A model generated the notes under the pieces. That model did no database searches, was not told the DNA's origin, and worked only from the letters and a program-made list of their open reading frames with translations. Below, piece by piece: positions 34,901 to 41,278 of a stretch of 64,000 nucleotides of DNA. The stretch comes from Bacteroidota bacterium (GTDB lineage Bacteria; Bacteroidota; Bacteroidia; Chitinophagales; Saprospiraceae): positions 205-64,204 of the forward strand of contig JBCCVV010000006.1 in NCBI GenBank assembly GCA_039194925.1, read 5' to 3'. A program made the translations under genes and the position numbers. Every line of letters begins with the position of its first letter. Position 1 is the first letter of the stretch.

Positions 34901-36851
34901 TAGTAACCCTGACGTGGCTACTGTAACAAATTCAGGAGTAGTAACCGGAAAAGCACCTGGAATTGTGACTTTTGAATTTGTGGATGGTACAACTGGGTGT
35001 ATTGCGAATGCTCCAACAGATCCAGTTACTGTTGAATTGTGTACGAATCATGATTTCAATGTGACGCTTGTAGGAATGGAAATTCAGGGTAATCTTAGTA
35101 CAAATGATAATGCACCAGCAGGAACCGTTTATAGCAACGCAGCAGTGCAATTGTCCAAACCCTTGGGAAGTCTTCCTTCGCTAACTGTGAATTCTGATGG
35201 TACATACTCATTTACATCTGATCAGGCGGGAAAATATCTTTACCGTGTTCCAGTATGTATTGCACCCATGATAGTTGGTTGTCCGGGAACATACTTAGAG
35301 ATTACCGTAATAGAGAATATTTATTCACAGTTAAATCCAGTAGCGAATTTGGAATTTGCTACAACGTATGCAAATGCGGACCCTTTGTTGGATGGACTAT
35401 CCATGAATATAGATGTTTCCAGCAATGACAAATGTGTGACGGCAGGTAGCTGTAGTCTGGATAATTCAACACTTTCAGTAACTGGTGGTGCCTCAAGAGG
35501 AAGTTACTCGATAATGGGGACTGGGGATATTTTGTATACTCCGAATCCAGGATTTATCGGAAAAGACACAATCTATTATTCTATTTGTGTGGATGGTGAA
35601 CCAACAAATTGCAACAACTCATTGCAGGTTGTAACGATCAATGATGTAAGTGCATTAAATTCAACCGTAGCGGCAGATGATTTCGAATTCACACTGAAAG
35701 AAACCCCTGTAAGTGGAAATGTAATGGACAATGATAGTGACCCGGAAAGTAACGTAATTACAGTCGTATCCCAGGGTAGTTTGATGCTTCCGGTATCAAT
35801 ACCGGAAGGGGAGTACTTTATAGAATCAGATGGTTCATTTACGTTTACTCCTGCAGCTGGATTTTCCGGACCTTTAGAAATTGTTTATACGCTTTGTGAT
35901 AATGCTGCCGAACAAGCATGCACCGATGCAACCATTCATTTACTTGTATTTGATGATATAGCGATCAAATTAAGAGTATATTTGGAAGGGGCTTTAATAA
36001 ATAATAATGGGGATTTTTCCATCATATCGGGACGACCACTGATGCGTGATGATTTGAGAATTAGTCCGTTTACGGGAGAGAATTATATACCAGCTTCGGA
36101 TCCCTATAGTTTCGTACATGATCCTTTTGTGAACACCCCTGCAATGTTTGTAAAGATGGGACCTGGTTTAATCAGTAAAAACACAGCAATTTCAGATTCT
36201 GCGGGAGTTTTCTCAGTCTCAGGTGACAATGCCATAGTGGATTGGGTACACGTAGAATTGAGGTCCAAAGATGATCCTACCGTTCCCATTGCTACAAGAT
36301 CGGGATTATTACAGCGTGATGGTGATGTAGTCGATTTGGATGGAGTGAGTGACTTGCGATTTGACGGGGTCAGTGCGGATAGCTTCTATGTGAAAGTCAA
36401 ACATCGTTCACATTTAGCAGCAATGTCCATGAAGGTCGCCAGCGATCAGTTAATAGATTTTACAGATCCAAACTTTGAAGTATTTAATCATGGATCGAGT
36501 TATGATGCGACATTCAATTATACAGGCTTGTCGCAAAAGGAGAATATAGTTCCTGGATATACGGCGCTTTGGGCTGGTGATTTTGATTCCAACGGGCAGG
36601 TCAAATTTACAAATCCAAATGATGACCTTAATATTTTATTCCTTGATGTTTTATTTAGCTCACCGGAGTTTTTGATCAACTACAATGACGCGATCGGATA
36701 TTTTACGGGGGATTATAATATGAATAGTAAAGCGAAATATACGAATCCAGATGATGATACAAACCTTTTGTTCGGTCAACTACTATTGTACCCATTGAAT
36801 ACAAGCTTTTTGTCCAATTTCAATGGTCTGATCGAACAAGTTCCAGAGTAA
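25947..36851 (+). CDS. Giant modular surface protein, paralog 3 (3634 aa): signal peptide, MAM, unknown Cys-rich module, CBM4_9-like, unknown module, Ig/SprB/Big_2-like repeats with a discoidin-like insert, then the conserved 3' block
   Basis: Complete ORF. It starts MDETI like ORF2 (MEETI). An alternative start at 26004 (MQNTLWFAFLLFAVGYTTAC) would give a canonical short signal peptide. Confidence 0.92.
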   Translation: MDETIMLMNSCKYPYVAKFMQNTLWFAFLLFAVGYTTACSNPTSTFPIVEDFETNALVNWTQDSGDDFNWSINTGATTSGSTGPSGAYSGSYYAYTEATTPNNPNKIANLISPCFTVQSGTTTQISFAYHMYGNGQGTFNLDISTNDGSSWTTLWSLSGNQGDVWRVQSLNLNPYIGQDVLLRFHVETNSYQSDVAIDDVVLTTSSTGEICDDGIDNDGDGLIDEYDPDCGVVCYNDCETPYTFDWFDGSGSGAVWNITNGQSSLTRVYTISGSQGEYNVSVTLDNPDGQNIDFTNCGTPGGTSHFYTGTCNDPNGNTNCDGDPNTNDSQFTYGCDFLTFGITSDNGDQKTSFTYDFEFPSQICNMLIGDIDHQGWAFNSQDSWQDEVEVVAMNNGVPVAINAVVGSKVNVFNNNTDSLVLISEYNGTLTGDLVHTDPDGHATITTLDKVTSIKFTYSNGPDDDGPSNDHAIRINGFEFCPEEKVEICNNEIDDDDDGLVDCEDIDCGMLDNIEFKDGTANWNLYNQSVNQSTFTIDNTGQISGNNSARIDITEIGSQEWFTIFEQNGASIESGKTYRIHFSAKANISREIQVLVQKTGFPFTTYFIQDVPIANFNGEYVYEFTATTSDNSVDLTFHLGQALGTVWLDKIQLKEVCPDPECILPSDDGFDICSGEVLSGTVSTNDAAPTNYFNTVYQVTTPPSNGNVVMQDDGSFVYTPDSGAAGTDNFVYERCYSFKNDVGLSNLIYNPCGEGKIIETFMEGIEGETNPSIAITNPTDFSRIFVEVWAESSCSSVTIEGQVATENIIYRSNGSPDTERIYRVELNSVSTDGLIDISSTGGCTLSSAAAYVERVQPSGQGSSSLVISDIDLFYNYVGGDDCFIYSMPIGTSDTNRDITFVIPLHEKDNTRNVTAKVIAGSVSEIDSTSSWSAIGEGAGVIEITLSNVPGSVNVATIEVCSPNGNGDSFGVGIISATSLICTAEPVYDCCSQATATVNISAASIANSNPTLCAGSGFATLTASDNSSSLNYSYAWGHTTETTSQVIVSPTATTTYTVTVTNDQGCMNTAETTVTVLPDLDVDIDYSGELCLEDNTQLSALVKGGSAPFSYAWAGPNSFTANTDVITIPESGNYSVTVTDTQGCTGQYSAFVYEAYAPLIFALNTEVCEGESVTLSINSGSAVQFNWGANAGNATSSSVTVTPSPPSTDYMVTVTNDLGCTSEATATINVTPRPEVYFTGANPICVGETTTLEPNTGGTWISTNSAVALINDLGQVTAVSPGTVNFIFTDTTTLCESLPTADLIVNPRPTVEVTGPTSICEGFTSQLSPTTGGVWMSNDPTIATVNNNGTVIGVSEGSTTFYFTNSISGCTSDDTQPITVNEVPTATITGASNLCIGSTTTLSPTTGGTWTSTNTSVATVSNGGIVQAIATGTASFAFTSSFGCVSQPTEEIVVNDTPIISVTGESVICEGETATLTVSGADAYVWSTDETTESIFVSPTTNTIYEVTGYNAIGTARNLVTEVNGFDNSNFTFINSTNSYAGAASLFDGVDNTSSATFHASRTNAGQTWGIGYSLQTDFFIDRVGLDRRNDCCTTRAHGGVVEIYNDGELVFTSNILTGSGNGELYCSPNPNVVGDEIRYVFLNGVNNEDGSGTLNFSEWIIEGRDYCEVQESFTVGVNTTPTVNISGSTTLCVGESTQLTTDASGGFWTSSDPSIAIVSSTGVVVGIGEGSVSFTYTGANGCESDGTGMITIDPEVEVEVDFNGSICLTEDSQLSAIVNSGTAGYTYAWIGPGGFASSQQTIDILINGNYNLTVTDSKGCSSNTTAFVYEAYEPFIFALNTEVCEGEEVTLSVNSSSAATYQWGVNAGNATTQSVTVTPGLPATTYFVTVTNSIGCTTEATAVINVEPKPTVSITGPDAICQNGTTQLSPSTGGVWTSDDYTVATVSNTGLVTGVGAGTTTFTFRSDATGCFSDPSEPITVTDNAAITITGDNQICIGDNPILIASVLGGSWSSSNLGVAQISSTGVITPNAQGSAIITYTPPEGDCYFDATYEINVHESPNLSINGPSTICENDVTYLSASTNGSWTSSDPGIATVSSTGVVTGVSDGTVTFSFVSSAGCPKTLGTPVTVIGNPVISLNGPADICINSTTSLLPNSGGLWMSSNTNVATVNSNGIVTGINPGIAAFTFIEFTYGCTSENTISITVNDDPVINGLDDNILCIGETTTITPSTGGTWSSSNNAVATIGNDGTITAIGPGSATFTFTDLLTGCTSEASMPLTVNSNPETNFNGPTSICAGETTAISPTTGGDWSSTNVAVATITSNGTITGVSPGTVQFIFTNSTTGCVSDASEVLTVDDPVDIQVTGPSNICIGESTTFTPTTGGTWESSNTNIATITNNGVVTGVAPGTVSFTFNSSTGCTSDPSAEITIEANPSIEFTGPTAICIGSTTTLTPTSGGEWSSSNNAVATVDNNGLVTALATGTANFTFVSSTTGCASTTNTNLNVYDKPTAVISGESQICIGEMTNMLPATGGTWVSSDNDVATIASNGVVTAISAGTVTFTFYETGSGCVSDASDPITVLPQPTVAITGDNILCEGETTTLSPTSGGVWISDNEMVATVTDQGVVTGHMQGLVRFTFTSNDGCSSNETSPVIVYGKSTVVLDSPNLLCSEDTGQMLPSSGGTWDSTDPSVATIDDNGVFTAVSAGTVRFTFTDSSTGCISELSDLVTVNETPAISIIGPTNICVGGVTNLVPTTGGIWTSLNPSIATIQNNGEVTGIADGSARFIFTNVATGCVSDTSSYVIVGSGPTITFTGPQDVCIGETSSISPSTGGTWISTNPSVASIDDNGLITAISQGSARFIYTETASGCTSDQSETLIVNGPPTVSVSGSNAICVNSTTTLSPSSGGTWISLHPAIAAVDDFGNVTGFAPGTAYFVFTDSATGCESDGSLSVEIEDGIDVGITGDTEICIGYSTTLSPSTGGFWTSSNPDVATVTNSGVVTGKAPGIVTFEFVDGTTGCIANAPTDPVTVELCTNHDFNVTLVGMEIQGNLSTNDNAPAGTVYSNAAVQLSKPLGSLPSLTVNSDGTYSFTSDQAGKYLYRVPVCIAPMIVGCPGTYLEITVIENIYSQLNPVANLEFATTYANADPLLDGLSMNIDVSSNDKCVTAGSCSLDNSTLSVTGGASRGSYSIMGTGDILYTPNPGFIGKDTIYYSICVDGEPTNCNNSLQVVTINDVSALNSTVAADDFEFTLKETPVSGNVMDNDSDPESNVITVVSQGSLMLPVSIPEGEYFIESDGSFTFTPAAGFSGPLEIVYTLCDNAAEQACTDATIHLLVFDDIAIKLRVYLEGALINNNGDFSIISGRPLMRDDLRISPFTGENYIPASDPYSFVHDPFVNTPAMFVKMGPGLISKNTAISDSAGVFSVSGDNAIVDWVHVELRSKDDPTVPIATRSGLLQRDGDVVDLDGVSDLRFDGVSADSFYVKVKHRSHLAAMSMKVASDQLIDFTDPNFEVFNHGSSYDATFNYTGLSQKENIVPGYTALWAGDFDSNGQVKFTNPNDDLNILFLDVLFSSPEFLINYNDAIGYFTGDYNMNSKAKYTNPDDDTNLLFGQLLLYPLNTSFLSNFNGLIEQVPE
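26061..26565 (+). other. MAM domain of ORF3
   Basis: CSNPTSTFPIVEDFE..WTQDSGDDFNWS...TGPSGAYSGSYYAYTEAT...ANLISPCFT...ISFAYHMYGNGQGTFNLDIS...VAIDDVVL. Confidence 0.75.
26644..27390 (+). other. Uncharacterised Cys-rich module (ORF3 copy of 479-1215)
   Basis: CYNDCETPYTFDWFDG...NPDGQNIDFTNC...CNDPNGNTNCDGD...SQFTYGC...IGDIDH...FTYSNGPDDDGPSNDHAIRINGFEFCP. Confidence 0.6.
27471..27912 (+). other. CBM4_9-like carbohydrate-binding module of ORF3
   Basis: NIEFKDGTANWNLYNQ...GNNSARIDITEIGSQEWFTIFEQNGASIESGKTYRIHFSAKA...VDLTFHLGQALGTVWLDKIQL. Confidence 0.5.
30470..30935 (+). other. F5/8 type C (discoidin)-like module inserted in the ORF3 repeat run
   Basis: SLFDGVDNTSSATFHASRTNAGQTWGIGYSLQTDFFIDRVGLDRRNDCCTTRAHGGVVEIYNDGELVF...IRYVFLNG...LNFSEWIIEG. 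Confidence 0.5.
31200..36851 (+). repeat. Paralogous 3' block, copy 3
   Basis: Same module order and unit count as the other two copies. Confidence 0.85.
35951..36848 (+). other. Conserved C-terminal module (ORF3 copy)
   Basis: DDIAIKLRVYLEGAL...AIVDWVHVELRSKDD...WAGDFDSNGQVKFTNPNDDLNILF...TGDYNMNSKAKYTNPDDDTNLLFGQLLLYPLNTSFLSNFNGLIEQVPE. Confidence 0.8.
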
Positions 36852-36878
36852 TACACAGACACCTTTTTTAATTCTCCA

Positions 36879-36919
36879 GGACCGTATTAGGGTGACTGCC
36901 TTGATGCGGTTCTTTTTTT
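36879..36919 (+). terminator. Rho-independent terminator after ORF3
   Basis: ggaccgtat (36879-36887) pairs with atgcggttc (36904-36912), 9 bp including 2 G-U pairs and extendable inward. It is immediately followed by T7 (36913-36919). Confidence 0.7.
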
Positions 36920-36921
36920 AA

Positions 36922-37078
36922 GATCGGATAGATTTGAAAGGTTCGAAAGATTGGTGAGGACGGAAATTATTGAATGGAGTTTCGCGGAAAAGGTACGGAG
37001 AACCAAAGAGGAAAATATCATCTAACATAGTGAAGCCTTAGTATAGCTTAGTGAGATTCGTGGTTATAAAAAAGAATG
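36922..37078 (-). repeat. Dispersed composite intergenic element, copy A (minus orientation)
   Basis: Read on the minus strand: ...aaccacgaatctcactaag... then ggttctccgtaccttttccgcgaaa... then tcaccaatctttcgaacctttcaaatc. The sub-block order matches 58041-58142 and 62560-62755. Confidence 0.45.
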
Positions 37079-37094
37079 CACACCAAAGACAATT

Positions 37095-37910
37095 TTATTT
37101 ATTCGAAGCTAATTGTTGTAGCGCAGCTCTTACGCTACCGGCATTCAACAATAACACTTTCGCTTCTTCATAACTTAATTCCGAACGGTTGACGATCATT
37201 TTTGTGCCACGATCAACCAACTTGTTATTGCTGAGTTGCATGTCGACCATTTTATTGTCTCGGACCCGACCCAGTTTGATCATGACTGAGGTGGTGAGCA
37301 TATTGAGCACCAGTTTTTGGGCCGTTCCTGACTTCATGCGCGTTGAACCTGTAACATATTCGGGGCCAACAACAACTTCGACAGGAAATTGGGCTGCTGA
37401 GGCAATAGGCGATTTAGGGTTGCAAGTGATACACCCCGTTAGAATATCATGTCGATTGCAATCCAGTAATCCATTTACAACATAAGGAGTGGTGCCGGAA
37501 GCAGCAATTCCTACTACAATATCATTCTTGTCCACCGCATATTCGCTCAGATCTTTCCAGGCAAGATTGACATCGTCTTCAGCAAACTCTACCGCCTTTC
37601 GCATTGCACTATCACCTCCGGCCATCAACCCAATAACCCAATTGTGAGGAACACCAAAGGTTGGAGGACATTCACTTGCATCTACAATGCCAAGGCGTCC
37701 GCTTGTTCCGGCTCCAATATAAAAAAGTCGACCGCCCTGCCTCATTTTATCATAAATGGCATCGGCCAGTTTTTCTATTTGATTTAGCTTTTTCTCAACA
37801 GCCAAGGCAACTTTTTTGTCCTCGGTATTGATGTCCGTCAGAATTTCTATCGTTGATTTTTTTTCCAGATGTCGGTAGAGCGAATCAGATTCTGTTATTC
37901 TATTATCCAT
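37095..37910 (-). CDS. murQ: N-acetylmuramic acid 6-phosphate etherase
   Basis: SIS-domain protein with GRLFYIGAGTSGRLGIVDASECPPTFG, VVGIAASGTTPYV and TGSTRMKSGTAQKLVLNML, colinear with E. coli MurQ. The start is placed at MDNRITES (ATG 37910), which overlaps the upstream gene's stop by 8 nt (ATGGATAA). Confidence 0.9.
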   Translation of the reverse strand: MDNRITESDSLYRHLEKKSTIEILTDINTEDKKVALAVEKKLNQIEKLADAIYDKMRQGGRLFYIGAGTSGRLGIVDASECPPTFGVPHNWVIGLMAGGDSAMRKAVEFAEDDVNLAWKDLSEYAVDKNDIVVGIAASGTTPYVVNGLLDCNRHDILTGCITCNPKSPIASAAQFPVEVVVGPEYVTGSTRMKSGTAQKLVLNMLTTSVMIKLGRVRDNKMVDMQLSNNKLVDRGTKMIVNRSELSYEEAKVLLLNAGSVRAALQQLASNK

Positions 37911-39408
37911 TGGAGCGTTTGGTTGAAAAAATATAAAGGCCAAGAAATGTCAAGGCACCATTTAAAGCCAGTATCATATAGCCCCATGTAAATCCACCGA
38001 ACCAAATTGGCGAATAGCTATTGATGATGTAGCACAAAACAGGTGATGCCAAACATATGGGCAAGATCATACTGTTATTTGTGAGCCTATTGGTCATTAT
38101 GGCAAACGAAAACAGGCCAAGGATTGGGCCATAGGTGTAGGTGGCAGCTACAAAAATCTTGTTGATTACGGAGTCGTCGTTATAGGCATTGAACGCGAGG
38201 ATGATCAGCAATAAGATTACACTCCAACCAATATGGACGTACAACCTGGTGCGCGTATTATTTTTTTCTTGGTTGGAATCGGTTTGGGTATCTTCTTGAC
38301 CATTATACATTCCCAGGAAATCCACACAAAATGAGGTAGTCAGACTGGTCAAGGCTGAGTCGGCGCTGGAATAGGCCGCAGCGATCAATCCTAGAATGAA
38401 AAGAATGCCCACTGCAGGAGTGAGATGATTCAAGGCAATAAGCGGGAATAATTGATCGGATCTTTCAGGTATGGTGATTCCCTTACTTGCGGCGAAAATG
38501 TACAATAAGGCTCCAAGTGTCAGGAATAATAAATTGGCAAAAACCAGAATGATAGAAAAGGTGAACACGTTTTTCTGCGCATCTCCGATGGATCGACACG
38601 TAATGTTTTTTTGCATCATATCTTGATCCAATCCGGTCATCACAATAGCAATTAAGGCACCGCTTATGAATTGTTTGAAGAAATTGTTGGGATTATTCCA
38701 TCCATTTTCAAAATAAAAAGTATCCGTATATCCGTTTTCTTTCATCAATCCCCACATTTCTGAAAAGCTAATTCCCATCGTATCGGTAATCGCATAAATG
38801 GTCAAAGCCACGGCCATCAACATGCTTACAGTCTGAAAAGTATCGGTAATCACAATGGTCTTGATTCCACCTTTGAACGTATAAATCCAAATGAGAATGA
38901 TGGTAATGATGACCGTTAATACAAATGGTAATCCTAAAGGTCCGGTGACAAATGTATCAAGGATCATAGCTACCAGATATAGGCGAAATGCAGCCTGAAT
39001 GACCCGTGAGAGTAAGAAGTAACCTGCTCCTGTTTTGTATGCTGCCGTTCCTAATCGCTTGTCCAGATAGGTGTATATGGATGTCAAATTGTATCGATAA
39101 TAAATGGGCAACAGCACAGAAGCAATGAATAGGTACCCCAACAAATACCCAAAGACCATTTGCATATAAGAGAAATTGATGTTTGGTCCACTTTCTTTTC
39201 CAATCAATCCAGGAATCGAGACAAAGGTCACTCCGGATAGGCTGGCACCAATCATCCCAACTGCTACGAGCAACCATGGTGAGTTTTTATTTGCCGTAAA
39301 AAACGTTTTGTTATCGCCTTTGCCTGCGGATAAATAAGAAATGCCAATGAGAACAAGAAAATAACCGATAATTACCGCAAGGATCAAGGTTGGAGAAAGT
39401 TGGCCCAT
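37903..39408 (-). CDS. Sodium:solute symporter (SSS) family transporter
   Basis: ~500 aa polytopic membrane protein with typical SSS layout. The start is placed at MGQLSPTLILAVIIGYF (ATG 39408); the longer ORF to 39450 adds a non-hydrophobic extension. Confidence 0.8.
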   Translation of the reverse strand: MGQLSPTLILAVIIGYFLVLIGISYLSAGKGDNKTFFTANKNSPWLLVAVGMIGASLSGVTFVSIPGLIGKESGPNINFSYMQMVFGYLLGYLFIASVLLPIYYRYNLTSIYTYLDKRLGTAAYKTGAGYFLLSRVIQAAFRLYLVAMILDTFVTGPLGLPFVLTVIITIILIWIYTFKGGIKTIVITDTFQTVSMLMAVALTIYAITDTMGISFSEMWGLMKENGYTDTFYFENGWNNPNNFFKQFISGALIAIVMTGLDQDMMQKNITCRSIGDAQKNVFTFSIILVFANLLFLTLGALLYIFAASKGITIPERSDQLFPLIALNHLTPAVGILFILGLIAAAYSSADSALTSLTTSFCVDFLGMYNGQEDTQTDSNQEKNNTRTRLYVHIGWSVILLLIILAFNAYNDDSVINKIFVAATYTYGPILGLFSFAIMTNRLTNNSMILPICLASPVLCYIINSYSPIWFGGFTWGYMILALNGALTFLGLYIFSTKRSNG

Positions 39409-39459
39409 ATTGTTGCTGTTTAAAATGTTTTTTGTCCCATTTTTTATCAAAAACTACTG

Positions 39460-39467
39460 CAAATGTA
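39460..39467 (-). promoter_or_regulatory. Candidate -7 box (TAcaTTTG on the minus strand) for the symporter-murQ operon
   Basis: Exact TAnnTTTG match about 50 nt upstream of the ATG at 39408, within the 109-bp divergent spacer shared with upp. Confidence 0.3.
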
Positions 39468-39517
39468 ACAATGCCACCCGCACTTTACTATATTGCTCTC
39501 ACAAAATTGAATCGGAC

Positions 39518-40168
39518 ATGCTTCATAAAATCTTTGAGCCAAATACTGTACTTAATCAATTCGTCGCCGAAATTCGTGATGTGGAAATTCAATCGGATAG
39601 AATGCGATTTAGACATAATATGGAGCGCATCGGGCAGGTTTTTGCCTATGAAATTAGTAAGTATCTCAATTACTCGGAAAAAGAGGTCGAAACTCCATTA
39701 GGAATTTCAAATTGCCAATTATCTACGGATAGAATCGTTTTAGCCACAATCTTACGAGCTGGATTGCCTTTGCACAATGGGCTATTGTCTTTTCTGGATA
39801 AGGCAGATAATGCATTCATCTCTGCTTACCGTCAGCATCATAAAGACGGTACATTTGAAATTAAAATGCAATACATTACATGCCCATCCATTGAAGATTC
39901 TATTTTGATTATTTCGGATCCTATGCTGGCTACCGGTGCATCCATGCATCAGACGATTCGTGCGATATTGGATAATGGAAAGCCAAAGCAGATCCATGTT
40001 GTAGTGGCAATAGCATCAACCAATGGGATTAACTATATACGAAGACACTTCCCGGATGTGCATCTTTGGGTGGCTGCCGAAGACGAGGAACTTACGGCGA
40101 AGTCCTACATTGTTCCAGGGCTTGGCGATGCTGGGGATTTGGCGTATGGATCGAAATTGCAGGAGTAG
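39518..40168 (+). CDS. upp: Uracil phosphoribosyltransferase
   Basis: ILRAGLPL, PRPP loop ILIISDPMLATGAS, and C-terminal YIVPGLGDAGDLAYGSK; colinear with E. coli Upp. The start is placed at MLHKIFEP (39518). Confidence 0.9.
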   Translation: MLHKIFEPNTVLNQFVAEIRDVEIQSDRMRFRHNMERIGQVFAYEISKYLNYSEKEVETPLGISNCQLSTDRIVLATILRAGLPLHNGLLSFLDKADNAFISAYRQHHKDGTFEIKMQYITCPSIEDSILIISDPMLATGASMHQTIRAILDNGKPKQIHVVVAIASTNGINYIRRHFPDVHLWVAAEDEELTAKSYIVPGLGDAGDLAYGSKLQE

Positions 40169-40695
40169 TTGGGTTTGCGGAACCGCTGAAACTGTTTGAA
40201 CCGCTGAAACACTTCTTTTGTAAGAAAGGACTATCTGAATAGTTATGAAAAAATTGTTGAAGTGTTCTCTTTAGGATATTCCATATTCTGCTATACATGA
40301 CGTTGATTATAAATCACCAAGGTTGCACAGACCACAAAGGATGCTAGGGATACGATCTGTAACCTTGTAAAACTTGAAGCATGTTGTACTGTTCTTAGAG
40401 TTCCCTGTGTTTAAAATAGAAATGTTACAGCCCCATAGGCTTTTTTATATGAAATATTATTCTTGCAGTGTAGTTACCGGTATGTTTGTAAATTACTTCA
40501 GTACTAAATTTCGCCATACAAATTGATCATTACCTTAATTCTTAAAGCTGAAAAAGTACTTTTGGGGTCTTGGGACTGCCTTCAGGAAACGAAAAAGTGA
40601 AATGCGCCTCTAAAAATCTAAGTTTCGATGTAAATCAGAATTTCATTATTTTTCTGATTGAAAACTTCTTACTAACTAAACTAAAACTGAACATT

Positions 40696-41268
40696 ATGGA
40701 TAAGAAAGGAATCATTACCATTATCCTGGGCACACTTATTTTATTTATTTGGGGAATCATCTCTTGGATGGTTTTACCATTTCATGGCAATTCTCTAAAC
40801 AGTATTCCTGAAGGGGCCATGGATACGCAAGAACTTAAAAAGCTGATGCCTGAAAGCGGGGTTTACCATCTTCCTGGAATGCCAGCAGATAATTCGGAAG
40901 CGGCTATGAAAAAAGTCGAAGATCAACTGGCAGAAGGGCCGAGAATTACGCTCATGGTTTACAAAAATGAACCCACACAACTATTTGATCCAAAAGACTT
41001 TATAACGAGTTTGTTGCTTAACTTACTCACTGCATTATTTACATTTCTTTTGATCTCAAAACTTGGATACAAGGACTTAAAGTCGATTATGATGGCCTGC
41101 TTGTTAATCGCATTGCTGATGGCGGTGGTTGCTGACCTTAGTGTAATGAATTGGTTTATGTTTCCATTTGATTTCACCTTTGCTAACATTATTGATCGGA
41201 TAGTATCGTTTGGTCTTTTGGGGCTGCTCTTTGCTTTTTATACATTCAAAGGAGAACCTGCTGCGTGA
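40696..41268 (+). CDS. Hypothetical 4-TM membrane protein (190 aa)
   Basis: Start at MDKKGIITIILGTLILFIWGIISW. Hydrophobic segments lie at the N-terminus and in the C-terminal half. No family recognised. Confidence 0.6.
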   Translation: MDKKGIITIILGTLILFIWGIISWMVLPFHGNSLNSIPEGAMDTQELKKLMPESGVYHLPGMPADNSEAAMKKVEDQLAEGPRITLMVYKNEPTQLFDPKDFITSLLLNLLTALFTFLLISKLGYKDLKSIMMACLLIALLMAVVADLSVMNWFMFPFDFTFANIIDRIVSFGLLGLLFAFYTFKGEPAA

Positions 41269-41278
41269 CAGGCAATTT

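Noticed and set aside
2-36851. The giant-gene block as a horizontally acquired genomic island or mobile element.
   Set aside because: There is no integrase, transposase, tRNA target or flanking direct repeats in the window. The 5' boundary is outside the window, so this cannot be evaluated.
36940-36949. tRNA-like T-loop string GGTTCGAAAG.
   Set aside because: The flanks cannot form T-arm, acceptor or anticodon stems. It is part of the degenerate intergenic repeat.
39410-39517. N-terminal extensions of several ORF-track models: upp from 39410, membrane protein from 40570 (TTG), murQ from 37943, symporter from 39450, OMP from 53412, and the 49222 and 41210 starts.
   Set aside because: The extensions are non-conserved-looking and overlap neighbouring genes or promoters. 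Internal ATGs give canonical N-termini, either signal peptides or family-typical starts.
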